From the NCBI GenBank assembly GCA_002269645.1, contig NIVC01001321.1:28858-92857 (forward strand): a stretch of DNA of 64,000 nt, in the 5' to 3' direction. Made by a program: the position numbers and the translations under genes. Shown here one piece after another: positions 9,869 to 21,751 of this stretch. The stretch comes from Macrostomum lignano. Lineage: Eukaryota. Below the pieces are notes generated by a model. It saw nothing but the letters and a program-made list of their open reading frames with translations. It searched no databases and was not told the DNA's origin. How positions within the stretch are numbered: position 1 is the stretch's first letter; each line of letters opens with the position of its first letter.

Positions 9869-12800
9869 TCAGGCGGCGGACACCCAGGCCCAGCGCTGGG
9901 CCGAGTCGGCCTTGCTGCACGGGACCAGCGCCAGCTGCTCCAGCCGCGAGTCCAGCGCCACGCAGCGACTGCTTGGCACGTGCCGCAGGCGGCCAATATC
10001 CGGGAAGTACTTGAAGTACTGATTGCCCCGCATGCCGTGGCAGGCAAACAGCTGGACGGCCCGACCGTCGGGCACGTCAAAGCAGCGCTCAGGTGGCGAG
10101 GCGTGGACGCGGATTTCGTCCCGCTCGCTGAGGTGCAGCAGCGTGGCGCCGCCGCCGCCGTCGCCGCAGGTGGTCATCGAGGGCTTGCTGTTGCCGGGTG
10201 CCACCGCTACGCACCTGTGGGGCTCAGGGTGCAAGCAGTTCTGCCCAGTCCGCTGACTCTTCAGAACATACTGTACATGTACAAGCGCGCGGGTACTGTA
10301 TGCAGTCATACGAATACACTCAGGGTGTACAGCGGCCCTGAATTTCTAAGCGTTAGGCATGTACACTCTGTGCTTTGAATGTTTTCCCTGTGTTAGATAA
10401 ACATACTGTATATAGCTACATAGCAGCTTGGCGCCAGATGCACATGCTGTACATCAGCAGCTTGGCGCCAGATGCACATGCTGTACATCAGCAGCTTGGC
10501 GCCAGATGCACATGCTGTACATCAGCAGCTTGGCGCCAGATGCACATGCTGTATATCAGCAGCTTGGCGCCAGATGCACATGCTGTATATCAGCAGCTTG
10601 GCGCCAGATGCACATGCTGTATATCAGCAGCTTGGCGCCAGATGCACATGCAGTACATTAGCAGCTTGGCGCCAGATGCACATGCTGTACATTAGCAGCT
10701 TGGCGCCAGATGCACATGCTGTACATTAGCAGCTTGGCGCCAGATGCACATGCTGTACATCAGCAGCTTGGCGCCAGATGCACATGCTGTATATCAGCAG
10801 CTTGGCGCCAGATGCACATGCTGTATATCAGCAGCTTGGCGCCAGATGCACATGCTGTACATCAGCAGCTTGGCGCCAGATGCACATGCTGTATATCAGC
10901 AGCTTGGCGCCAGATGCACATGCTGTATATCAGCAGCTTGGCGCCAGATGCACATGCTGTATATCAGCAGCTTGGCGCCAGATGCACATGCTGTACATCA
11001 GCAGCTTGGCGCCAGATGCACATGCTGTATATCAGCAGCTTGGCGCCAGATGCACATGCTGTACATCAGCAGCTTGGCGCCAGATGCACATGCTGTACAT
11101 CAGCAGCTTGGCGCCAGATGCACATGCTGTACATACCTATACAGTGCATAGAACTTCGCCGCTGTCACCATAGAGATTAAGCCAATCAGCTGATTCAGCT
11201 CGCTCACCTATTTGCCGACTCGGCCTTCAAAAAGCCCGTCAAGGACTTCGCGGGCCTTCTGTACGGATAAAACTTCGGCTGATCGAAGGCCACATTCTTC
11301 ATGTACCAGTCGAAGTTGTGACACTTCAGCCGCTCCCGGATGGCTCTCTGCTTGGTGAGGTCGCCGGCATCCACCAGGCGGTACTGCTCCTCATTGTTGG
11401 TGCTGTACAGCTGCTCCTTGTACTCGTCCATCCACACCTCGGCCACCCGCTTGAAATTTCTAGTGATAAAGTCTCCCAAGTTGCTGGGGTTTTTGTAGGG
11501 CATGAAGTTGCGGTAGATGTGCGCCACCCGGGAGCAGGGCGCGTCCAGCATGCGGCCGCCGCACTGCCAGATCTTGAAGCTCAGCTCGTACTGCTCGCCT
11601 GCGGCGGTTCCGAGTTGAAGCCGAAGGGGATAAGCTGCTTCACTGAGACACTGCGGACAGGGTCTTCCTGAGAGTCACAGGGTCTTCCTGAGAGGGACAG
11701 GGTCTTCCTGAGAGGGACAGGGTCTTCCTGAGAGGGACAGGGTCTTCCTGAGAGGGACAGGGTCTTCCTGAGAGGGACAGGGTCTTCCTGAGAGGGACAG
11801 GGTCTTCCTGAGAGGGACAGGGTCTTCCTGAGAGGGACTCTGAGAGGGACAGGGTCTTCCTGAAAGGCACAGGGTCTTCCTGAGTCCCGATTCCGAGACA
11901 GTGCAGGACTATGTTAAGTTTTGTGGATGATCCTCAGGTGTTCTCAAATCTTCAGAGAGACACCCAAGGTCCCATCTCAAATCTTCACAAAGACACCGGA
12001 GGTCCAATCTCAAAGCTACACGGGGTCCATCTCAAATCTTCACAAAGACACCAGAGGTCCATCTCAAATCTTCACAAAGACCCAATAGGTCCATCTCAAA
12101 GGCACCAGTCACAAACCTCCCCAGATGTCCAGGCCGCTGTCGTATCCTCCCAACTCATTGAACCAGCGCCGCGTCATAGCGAAGAGGCCGCCGGCCATGA
12201 CGGGGCTGGCGAAGGGCTCCGCATGGTGCCGCAGGCTCTCCGACAGCAGCGGCAGCCGCTTATAGTGGAAGCTGTTCCAGCTCCAGCTGCCCCGCGCGCC
12301 CGTGTCCTGCGACCGGATCTCGAAGGTCTCCTGGTTGATGACGTCGATGAACGGGCAGACGACGGTGCGGTAGTCCTCGGCGATGGGGTGCAGCAGCGGT
12401 GGTAGCCAGTTGACGCCACACTCGCAGTGCGAGTCCATAACGATGACGACGTCGGCTGTGACGGCGGCGATGCCGCGCATGCGGGCGCGGATCAGGCCTT
12501 CGCGCTTGGGGCGCGCAGCACCCGGGTGAAGCCGCTCTGGGGGAAGTGCTTGGCCAGGGCCGCCTCCAGCGGGCCGCCCAGCGCCGGCTTCTGGCTGGCG
12601 TCGTCAACCAGGATGATCTCAGTGAGCAGCTGGGGCGGCGCCCTGGCGCGGCAGGACACGGCGGTGCGGAGCAGGGTGGACAGGTGCTCCTCGTGAAAGG
12701 GGATGACGAGTGCGGCCGTGGGCAGACGGCGGTAGTGCAGCTGCGAGCGGCACTCGGGGTAGCGCAGGTCGGGTATGGACCGGTCCAGGGCGATGCTGTC

Positions 12801-13958
12801 GCTAAGCAGGGCGTTGAAGCCGTTGGCCTGGAACAGGTCGGCCTTCTGGCGGGCGCTGGCAGACGCAGGCAGGGAGGCCGGGCGGCCGCCCTCGCCGAGG
12901 CCGGAGCGGCGCGAGTCCGCCTCGATGACGGCGTAGTCGTGCCAGTCTTTCAGCGCTGACCGGGGGTGAAGATTGATGTGCGTCAGATATACAAAAATAT
13001 TCTGTCTGTTCACAGACTGGGTTTGTTTCGGGGGGCTGTTTTTGTCAAGGGCGGGGCGAGAGCCCTACGAGCGACACTTGAGCGCCAATTTAGCGCCGCA
13101 GGTGACACTTTAGCGCCAATTTAGCGCCGCAGGTGACATTTTGGCGCCAATTAAGTGCCGCAGGTGACACTTAAGCGCCAGTAAAGCGCCGCAGGTGACA
13201 CTTAAGCGCCAGTAAAACGTCGCAGGTGACACTTAAGCGCCAGTAAAGCGCCGCAGGGGACACTTAAGCGCCAGTAAAGCGCCGCAGGGGACACTTAAGC
13301 GCCAATTTAGCGCCGCAGGTGACACTTTAGCGCCAATTTAGCGCCGCAGGTGACATTTTGGCGCCAATTAAGTGCCGCAGGTGACACTTAAGCGCCAGTA
13401 AAGCGCCGCAGGTGACACTTAAGCGCCAGTAAAACGTCGCAGGTGACACTTAAGCGCCAGTAAAGCGCCGCAGGGGACACTTAAGCGCCAGTAAAGCGCC
13501 GCAGGGGACACTTAAGCGCCAATTTAGCGCCACCGGTGACATTTTTGCGCCAATTTAGCGCCGTATGTGACACTTAACGACTTTTAGCGCCTATTTATAT
13601 ACAGATAAGAATTTTGACTTAAATTCAATAATTGTTCACCAAGACCGAAATAATAAACTTCAAAGAGAGTTAACATGCTAGTCTATTATATTACATTTTT
13701 CTAGTTAAAGAGCACCAGTGCTAGTAGCACATTTTACTCTTTTATATCTGTATTTATCTAACTATCTATCAAGCATATCTGTGTTGAAATCTAATCGAAC
13801 TCACAGTGCGAATGCCTGTCGCCCCGCCTTGGCGAGTGGCCGCCCCAGCCCAGCCAGCCCAGCAGCAGCAGGCCCAGCAGCAGCAGCAGCAGAGGCGACT
13901 TCAACCGTCTCGGTAATTTTGGCAGCCTACGGCGTAATCGCAGAACGGTGGACTGCAT
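9869..13958 (-). CDS. GALNT10: Polypeptide N-acetylgalactosaminyltransferase, GALNT10-like (paralogue B); exons 13958-13805, 12955-12117, 11598-11208, ~10295/10260-9869; one -1 frameshift at 12508-12511
   Basis: Type II TM ([20 protein letters not shown]), [34 protein letters not shown]|[16 protein letters not shown], lectin CFDVP...CHGMRGNQ...QRW. Donors GTGAGT (13804), GTTTGT (12116), GTGAGC (11207) with matching phases. The last acceptor is ambiguous between two phase-2 AGs. Confidence 0.9.
10422..11132. repeat. 34-bp minisatellite CAGCAGCTTGGCGCCAGATGCACATGCTGTAYAT in GALNT-B intron 3
   Basis: About 21 near-identical units. Confidence 0.98.
11655..12100. repeat. Two arrays in GALNT-B intron 2: 20-bp GGACAGGGTCTTCCTGAGAG (11655-11885) and ~30-bp GGTCCATCTCAAATCTTCACAAAGACACC (11930-12100)
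   Basis: Direct tandem units. Confidence 0.93.
13070..13575. repeat. 31-bp minisatellite CAGGTGACACTTAAGCGCCAGTAAAGCGCCG in GALNT-B intron 1
   Basis: Period 31 (13161, 13192); about 16 units. Confidence 0.96.
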
Positions 13959-14814
13959 GATCGGCTAGCAGTGAGATGATGATGGAGCTCCCAGGAAGTT
14001 GAATGTGCAGAGAGAGAGCAGCTCTGACTTAGCTGCAGTCAGTAGAACTACTATAATAGTGAATGGAAGTGAATGGAAGGTGTTCACAGCAGCCTGGCCA
14101 ATGCCAGTAGAAATGCTGCTGTTCGCCAAATGGAGAGGAGATAACGGCCGGGTAGAGAGAGAGGAGAGAAAGGCAGATTTAGTGTCTCGTCACCTAAAAA
14201 GTATAGTGCGCCAATGTACATTCGCAATTTGAGTGTACACTGGCGTGAACTGGGGGGTGAGGGGCAAACCCACCACCTCAATTCCTCCACACAGAAGCCT
14301 CTCTTTACTTCTTTATTTCTTTCTGACCAACAAATAATCGTACTCTACAATACATGTAGTAAATAGTAAATAGCGTTGGACATTGCTAAAACTTTCGAAG
14401 TTATGATTTTTGGGTTTATGATGGGGTTTTCTACATGTATTTTGGTTTTGGGAGTCATGATATTTCGGGTTTATGTATGATGCCCCCTTCTGACTGGGCT
14501 GTGTGGTCAGCCGACTAGCAATCTCACTGAACTCTAGGAAGTGTGTTAGTGTTTTTCCGTGATCCCGGGATCACAGTACTCAATCCCGGAATTTGGCCAA
14601 TCCCGCGGGATCAGAAAAACGCATTTTTGAAGCTCTAAAATTGAAATTTAAAGGGTAAATGCATTCTGAACAAAAAGTTCTCTCGCTTCCCTGACATACT
14701 AAATCTAAAGTACTTTCGAGTTTTTCACTCTATGTACAGTTCACAGTTTCGTGTTTAGTTTTGCAACAGTGTTTCAATTTTTGTGTAATAGTAGTATAGT
14801 ACATGTAAGTAGTG

Positions 14815-15540
14815 TCAAGCGTAGCCAGGATTTCTGGCGGGGGGGGGGCACGTCTCAGGGCTGGCAAGTGGGCGCCAACTCTGCTGGCAAGGGGGCGCCA
14901 CATGCTTTGTCAGCCGATTGGGGGTGGGGGTGCGCCCCCTTTTGCCCCCCTTGGTTACGTCTCCCTTTTTGTCCCCCCCCCTTGGCCACGCCTCCCTTTT
15001 TGTCCCCCCTTGGCTACGCCTCCCTCTTTGCCCCCCCCTTGGCTACGCCTCCCTCTTTGCCCCCCCCTTGGCTACGCCTCCCTCTTTGCCCCCCCTTGGC
15101 TACGCCTCCCTTTTTGCCCCCCTTGGCTACGCCTCCCTCTTTGCCCCCACTTGGCTACGCCTCCCTCTTTGACCCCCCCCCTGGGCTACGCCTCCCTCTT
15201 TGCCCCCCCCTTGGCTACGCCTCCCTCTTTGCCCCCCCTTGGCTACGCCTCCCTCTTTGCCCCCCCTTGGCTACGCCTCCCTCTTTGCCCCCCCTTGGCT
15301 ACGCCTCCCTCTTTGCCCCCCTTGGCTACGCCTCCCTTTTTGCCCCCCCCTTGGCTACGCCTCCCTCTTTGCCCCCCCTTGGCTACGCCTCCCTCTTTGC
15401 CCCCCCCCCCTTGGCTACGCCTCCCTCTTTGCCCCCCCCTTGGCTACGCCTCCCTCTTTGCCCCCCCCTTGGCTACGCCTCCCTCTTTGCCCCCCTGGGC
15501 TACGCCTCCCTCTTTGCCCCCCCCTTGGCTACGCCCCAGA
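14815..15540. mobile_element. MITE-like element with GCGTAGCCA...TGGCTACGC ends; its right terminus is amplified into a ~28-bp C-rich array (14940-15536)
   Basis: Left AAGCGTAGCCAGGATTT-G-run; right CCCCCCTTGGCTACGCCCCAG; array unit CCCCCCTTGGCTACGCCTCCCTCTTTGC. No clear TSD. Confidence 0.6.
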
Positions 15541-16379
15541 GTATAGTGTATTAGTACAAGTTTAGCTCGAACAAAAAAGGGAAAAATGCTTAAATTTGGA
15601 AAATTAATCAATGCAAATATGCAAGTGCATATTTTTGCATAGGTCCAGACGCAACTTGAGTGCAAGAGCGAGATTCAAAAGCACAAAGCAAGCAAGTCAA
15701 CGACACGATTGTTTACCATTCGCATTTTATTTTTGCAGAAAATGAAAATGTAAGGTTGTATTTGACAATATACTTTAAAAAAAATCTGTTCGTTTGATTG
15801 ACTTTTTTCAATTTAGAGAATTCTACGTTCAAAAAACGAATTACAATCAGACAGACAAACAGGGTGACAGACTGACAGACACTGCAGACACAGAGACCGG
15901 CAAGCGGACACAACCCCTTTGGCAAAACAGATCATACTCCAGCGACAGGGAGCGGAAAAACAACACACTAGCTAGGGAGACAGTTTCCTGGCAGCCAACG
16001 AGATAATCCGATGGTCCAGCTCACTCCGAGAGCATTAGCGGCTGCACCACTGCCAGCTGCAGACATGCAGTTTATATATCTGCCAACAATGTGATTCCCA
16101 ATATACAAACAGGTTCTGCAGGTCCACTGTGGCAACAGCGGTATAATCCGCACAGTGAGCCAGCGACCATCTGTTGCCGAAAATCCTTGCGGCACTGCAT
16201 AAGGGGGGGGGGCACACACCGAAATCTGAGGCCATTCAAGCGCGGGGCAAAGCGGCAGGCGAATGCGGCTTGCAGAGCTCCACACCGAGACCATGTGGCA
16301 TTTGCACGGAGGCGCTTCGGAATTGATCGATTCCCCTATAGTGAGGCAGAGAGCACCTTAATGAGAGCTCCGGCCGCTC

Positions 16380-16800
16380 TAGATGACGCAGAATCTTACC
16401 GGGAGATTTCCATTATTAATCAAGAATCTCACCATGAGATTACACAGGTTGACACAGAATATTACCCCTGAGATTTCCATTATTAATCAAGAATCTCATC
16501 ATGAGATTACACAGGCTGACGCAGAATCTTACCCGGGGGAGAATCTCACCATGAGACTACTACGCAGGTTGACGCAGAATCTTACCCGGGGGGGGGGAGA
16601 ATCTTACCATGAGATTACGCAGGTTGACGCAGAATCTTACCCCGAAGATTTTCATTAGTAATCAAGAATCTCACGATGAGATTACAAAGGTTGACGTAGA
16701 ATCTTACGTAGAGATTTTCCTCTGATATTTTATAATCAACACAATTTCACCCGGAGATTTCCATCGTGGACAGAATCTCACCCTGAGATTTCGTTAATGA
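16380..16800. repeat. Degenerate ~65-bp tandem repeat (AAGAATCTCACCATGAGATTAC...GTTGACGCAGAATCTTAC)
   Basis: Five to six diverged copies. Confidence 0.75.
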
Positions 16801-17329
16801 GGCAGAATCTCACAGTGAGTTTTCTTTGCAACACGCTATCTCTAATAAATAAAAAATTATACTTGCGTAATAAAAAAACACGACTAAAATAGATATTAGA
16901 GACAAATTCGTAATTCATTACTGAATTCCAACCTTGAGTAGTAAAGTGCGCAGTTTTACAGTTTATTAATTGAGCGAAACGAATGCTCGTAAGTACCGCA
17001 GTTTCAGTTAAACCAGCAGGTCGATTGCCCAAATTAGTCGCAGAACTTCGCGGCTCGAATCTACAGACGGAAATCGCATTCCCATCGCAGACAAGGCCGC
17101 CTTGCGTGATTGAATTTCAGAGAAACCCTGTACTCGTGTGCAGCAGTGCAGTGGAAAGTGAGACAAGTGGCTGCAGTGGTGCCTGTTGCTGCCTGAAGGA
17201 CTCCGTTTGGTGCATTGGAATGAGACTGGGAGGCCTTAGGGAGTAGGGAGTGAATGACGGAGTGAGGGTGACTGAGTAAAGGAGTGAATGAGGGAATAAG
17301 GGGGATTGAGTAGATGGTTGCGAGAACGA

Positions 17330-18510
17330 CTTCTCAAGTGAGAGTAGCTGAGGGGCGATTCACAAGTGAGAGTAGCTGATGGGCGATTCTCAAGTGAGAG
17401 TAGCTGAGGGGCGATTCTCAAGTGAGAGTAGCTGAGGGGCGATTCTCAAGTGAAAGTAGCTGAGGGGCGATTCTCAAGTGAGAGTAGCTGAGGGGCGATT
17501 CTCAAGTGAGAGTAGCTGAGGGAAGATTCTCAAGTGAGAGTAGCTGAGGGAAGATTCTCAAGTGAGAGTAGCTGAGGGGCGATTCTCAAATTCTCAAGTG
17601 AGAGCAGCTGGGGGGCGATTCTCAAGTGAGAGTAGCTGAAGGGCGATTCTCAAGTGAGAGTAGCTGAAGGGCGATTCTCAAGTGAGAGTAGCTGAAGGGC
17701 GATTCTCAAGTGAGAGTAGCTGAAGGGCGATTCTCAAGTGAGAGTAGCTGAAGGGCGATTCTCAAGTGAGAGTAGCTGAAGGGCGATTCTCAAGTGAGAG
17801 TAGCTGAAGGGCGATTCTCAAGTGAGAGTAGCTGAGGGCGATTCTCAAGTGAGAGTAGCTGAAGGGCGATTCTCAAGTGAGAGTAGCTGAAGGGCGATTC
17901 TCAAGTGAGAGTAGCTGAGGGCGATTCTCAAGTGAGAGTAGCTGAAGGGCGATTCTCAAGTGAGAGTAGCTGAGGGCGATTCTCAAGTGAGAGTAGCTGA
18001 AGGGCGATTCTCAAGTGAGAGTAGCTGAAGGGCGATTCTCAAGTGAGAGTAGCTGAGGGCGATTCTCAAGTGAGAGTAGCTGAAGGGCGATTCTCAAGTG
18101 AGAGTAGCTGAAGGGCGATTCTCAAGTGAGAGTAGCTGAAGGGCGATTCTCAAGTGAGAGTAGCTGAAGGGCGATTCTCAAGTGAGAGTAGCTGAGGGCG
18201 ATTCTCAAGTGAGAGTAGCTGAAGGGCAATTCTCAAGTGAGAGTAGCTGAGGGAAGATTCTCAAGTGAGAGTAGCTGAGGGGCGATTCTCAAATTCTCAA
18301 GTGAGAGCAGCTGGGGGGCGATTCTCAAGTGAGAGTAGCTGAAGGGCGATTCTCAAGTGAGAGTAGCTGAAGGGCGATTCTCAAGTGAGAGTAGCTGAAG
18401 GGCGATTCTCAAGTGAGAGTAGCTGAGGGGCGATTCTCAAGTGAGAGTAGCTGAGGGAAGATTCTCAAGTGAGAGTAGCTGAGGGAAGATTCTCAAGTGA
18501 GAGTAGCTGA
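17330..18510. repeat. 28-bp minisatellite CTCAAGTGAGAGTAGCTGAAGGGCGATT
   Basis: About 42 near-identical units. Confidence 0.98.
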
Positions 18511-18980
18511 GGTTCTCAAGCCAAACTGTCAAAGCCTGTTAGCAGGGCGTTAGCAGCGAGTTACAGCAATCAAGCTGTCGGTGACAAAAAAGTTTCGATG
18601 CCACTGGCAAATCGATGGGCCCTTGCGGCTCCGCCTGTTGCACTTTAAAGTCAGTCAGATGTCCGCAAAATGTCCCCCGCTCCGTCCAGCCTCACTCTCT
18701 CGACATCATCGCAGCCTGAGCAATAACTTAGTATACGGGCCTGGGCCCGCTCCGCTCACTCAATAATCCCCTCCCATCTTCTCCGAAATCCCCTTAACTT
18801 GCTTCAATCGAGGAGAGAGCGGCGAGAGGCGGAGATTGATGAAAAGTGCAAACGCAACTTGAGATGTTGGATTTTCTGAGAGTCAAAATAACGAAGTCAA
18901 AAAGAGATGTAGGGAGAGAGAGGAGAAAGGGGAGAGAGGGGAAAATCGGTCCCGACTCCCGGTAGCATCAGCTGTCACCT

Positions 18981-21131
18981 TCAAGCCTCATCATCTTTCA
19001 GCCGGGCCTGATCGTTGGCCAATGGCGCGACGGCGGCAGTCGGCGGCACCACAGCCGCGGCATACTTGGTTGCCAGGCCGCCCAGCGACTCTGCCGACTC
19101 GATGGCCGACCGAAGTTCGTTGAAGAAGGCGGCCAACCGAGCGGAGTTGTGCTCCATCAGCAGGATGCTGGCCAGAATCTCGTTGCTCAGGCTGAGGTGC
19201 GCCAGGTAGCTGAGACTGAACTGGCGGCAGCAGCGGCAGCAGCAGCCGGGGTCCAGCGGCCGGTCTGTGGCCGTCAGCAGCTCGACGTCGCCGACATGAA
19301 GCCACCAGCTGCCGCCTGTCGCCGAGGTGAGCCAGGCCAGGCCCCGACGGGTCAGCAAAGCCGGCAGGCTGCCGTCAAAGAGGTCGAAACCGAGCTCCGC
19401 TGCCCGGATGATGTCTGCGGGGTGCACCAGGCCGGGGAAGTACAGCGGGCGCGGCGGCTGGGAGCGCTGCTGCTGCTGCAGGGCCTCGGTCAGCACAGAC
19501 TCGCATTGTGCAAGGCGGAAGTCTTCCACTGGCTGGTTGTAGTAGCTAGGGAGGGAGTCAGTTATTTAGTTATTTATTTAATTAGTTATTAAGTTAGCTA
19601 TTTAGTTAGCTATTTAGTTAGGTAGTTAGTTAGCCGGTTAGGTAGTTAGCTAGTTAGCTAGTTTGCTAGTGAGTTAGTCAGTCAGTCAGTCAGTCAGTCA
19701 GTCAGTCAGTCAGTCAGTCAGTCACCCACTCACTCAAGTCAGTCACTCAAGTCAGTCAGTCAGTCAGTCAGTCAGTCAGTCAGTCAGTCAGTCACCCACT
19801 CACTGAAGTCAGTCAGTCAGTCAGTCACCCACTCACTCAAGTCAGTCAGTCAGTCAGTCAGTCAGTCAGTCAGTCAGTCAGTCAGTCAGTCAGTCAGTCA
19901 GTCAGTCAGTCACCCACTCACTCAAGTCAGTCAGTCAGTCAGTCAGTCAGTCAGTCAGTCAGTCAGTCAGTCAGTCAGTCACCCACTCACTCAAGTCAGT
20001 CAGTCAGTCAGTCACCCACTCACTCAAGTCAGTCAGTCAGTCAGTCAGTCAGTCAGTCAGTCAGTCAGTCAGTCAGTCAGTCAGTCAGTCAGTCAGTCAG
20101 TCAGTCAGTCAGTCAGTCAGTCACCCACTCACTCAAGTCAGTCAGTCAGTCAGTCAGTCAGTCAGTCAGTCAGTCAGTCAGTCAGTCAGTCAGTCAGTCA
20201 GTCAGTCAGTCAGTCAGTCAGTCAGTCAGTCAGTCAGTCAGTCAGTCAGTCAGTCAGTCAGTCAGTCAGTCAGTCAGTCAGTCAGTCAGTCAGTCAGTCA
20301 GTCAGTCAGTCAGTCAGTCAGTCAGTCAGTCAGTCAGTCAGTCAGTCAGTCAGTCAGTCAGTCAGTCAGTCAGGCAGTCAGTCAGTCAGGCAGTCAGTCA
20401 GTCAGTCAGTCAGGCAGTCAGTCAGTCAGGCAGTCAGTCAGTCAGTCAGTCAGTCAGTCAGTCAGACCACCGCTGACTCACCGGAAGCCCTCCACAACGA
20501 GTCCGTCGGCGCCGCGCGACTCGAGCTCGCGCAGGCAGCGCAGCCGCTCCTCGGCGCTGTAGCCGCCGACCCAGCTGGCCATCAGGGCGGGGCCCCCGCC
20601 GCCCAGACCCCCCTGCTGCTCCAGCGCCGTCGTAAACCGATCGTAGAACGCCAGGCTGCGGTCGACAGACTTCCGGGCGCGTTTCCGGCCGTCGCCCTCG
20701 CGAATTTCGCAGTCGGCCAGCGGCTGCACCAGCTCCGGGCTCGTCAGCAGAGTGAGCTCCGCCTGCAGTTCCACAGTCAGCGGCGCTTTGCCGGAGCGAG
20801 TCGGAAGGCCGACGTGCTGCGCGGTGACACCGGGAGTGGGGTAGTAGTCTAGGTGGTCGGTCAGGGACAGCAGCAGCTGCCTGTCCGGGCGCAGGCGGCA
20901 CAACTGGCGCAGGTTGCCGGCCTGGCGCAGCAGGGCGAGCTTGTCCAGCCAGTGGTTCAGCGGAGTCAGCAGGATGCCAGCTGGCGACTGCGGCAGGTGC
21001 GGGTCCGAGCCGCAGCGGTTGTAGATCAGATAGCCGGGCGTTGCCATGGCAACCGGGTGGTCGGGGCCGCCGGACAGAGCTAGGTGTCCGAGACGGGCCC
21101 GGCCGGAGCTGGCCGAGACAGTAAACCGCAT
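18981..21131 (-). CDS. QTRT2: Queuine tRNA-ribosyltransferase accessory subunit 2 (QTRTD1); exons 21131-20482 and 19545-18981; 404 aa
   Basis: [39 protein letters not shown], Zn site CCCRCC...YLAHL...HN. Intron CG|GTGAGT ... CTCCCTCCCTAG|C is phase 2 and gives a continuous frame. Confidence 0.9.
19555..20465. repeat. (CAGT)n microsatellite with seven CACCCACTCACTSAA interruptions and a (TAGT)-like tail; fills the QTRT2 intron
   Basis: Directly visible. Confidence 0.98.
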
Positions 21132-21273
21132 TATTTTAGCGCCGATTAAAATCTGGTCTGGAAAATGTGCAGGTAGAAATGGAATTAACATCCGGTTTAG
21201 TTTTTCAATGTTATTGCTCAGGCATAACTCGATTGGCGAGATCAAGCCACAGGAACGGGCCAGGAGCAGAGAG

Positions 21274-21274
<1 letters not shown>

Positions 21275-21309
<35 letters not shown>

Positions 21310-21312
21310 CTA

Positions 21313-21371
<59 letters not shown>

Positions 21372-21480
21372 TGGACAGACAGACAGACAGACACTAAGAC
21401 AGACAGACGGACAGACAGACAGACAGACACTAAGACAGACAGACAGACAGACACTAAGACAGACAGACAGACAGACACTA

Positions 21481-21548
<68 letters not shown>
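21275..21548. repeat. (GACA)n microsatellite with CACTAA interruptions upstream of QTRT2
   Basis: Directly visible. Confidence 0.98.
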
Positions 21549-21549
<1 letters not shown>

Positions 21550-21679
21550 GTTTCTTCACTGTTGCCCCCAAGTTCATGTACAATGTACAATTCACTGTGC
21601 CTTGAGGGTTGGCCCTCAAGGGCGCCAATCACATGAGCAGACAGCCAATTTAGCCAAAATTAGCTCGTACGCGTAATGT

Positions 21680-21751
21680 GACTGCACGTGGAATCGAGCC
21701 TGGGCTGCTAGCACATGGGAGCCCCGGGCTAGACCACTGGGGTACGGCCCC
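21680..21751 (-). pseudogene. tRNA-derived remnant (tRNA-Gly(CCC)-like pseudogene or SINE head)
   Basis: Minus strand GGGGCCGTACCCCAGTGGTCTAGCCCGGGGCTCCCATGTGCTAGCAGCCCAGGCTCGATTCCACGTGCAGTCA: A-box-like TACCCCAGTGG, B-box-like GGCTCGATTCC, CTCCCAT loop. Acceptor and T stems pair poorly. Confidence 0.45.

Noticed and set aside
6412-12511. Programmed ribosomal frameshifting in the GALNT genes
   Set aside because: No X XXY YYZ slippery heptamer or downstream structure; the shifts sit in homopolymer runs typical of long-read error.
14550-14650. GATCCCGGGATC-rich segment resembling a transposon end
   Set aside because: No partner end or TSD found in the window.
16334-16345. CCCTATAGTGAG, matching part of the reverse T7 promoter (vector contamination)
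   Set aside because: Only 12 of about 20 bases match and there is no flanking vector sequence; consistent with chance.
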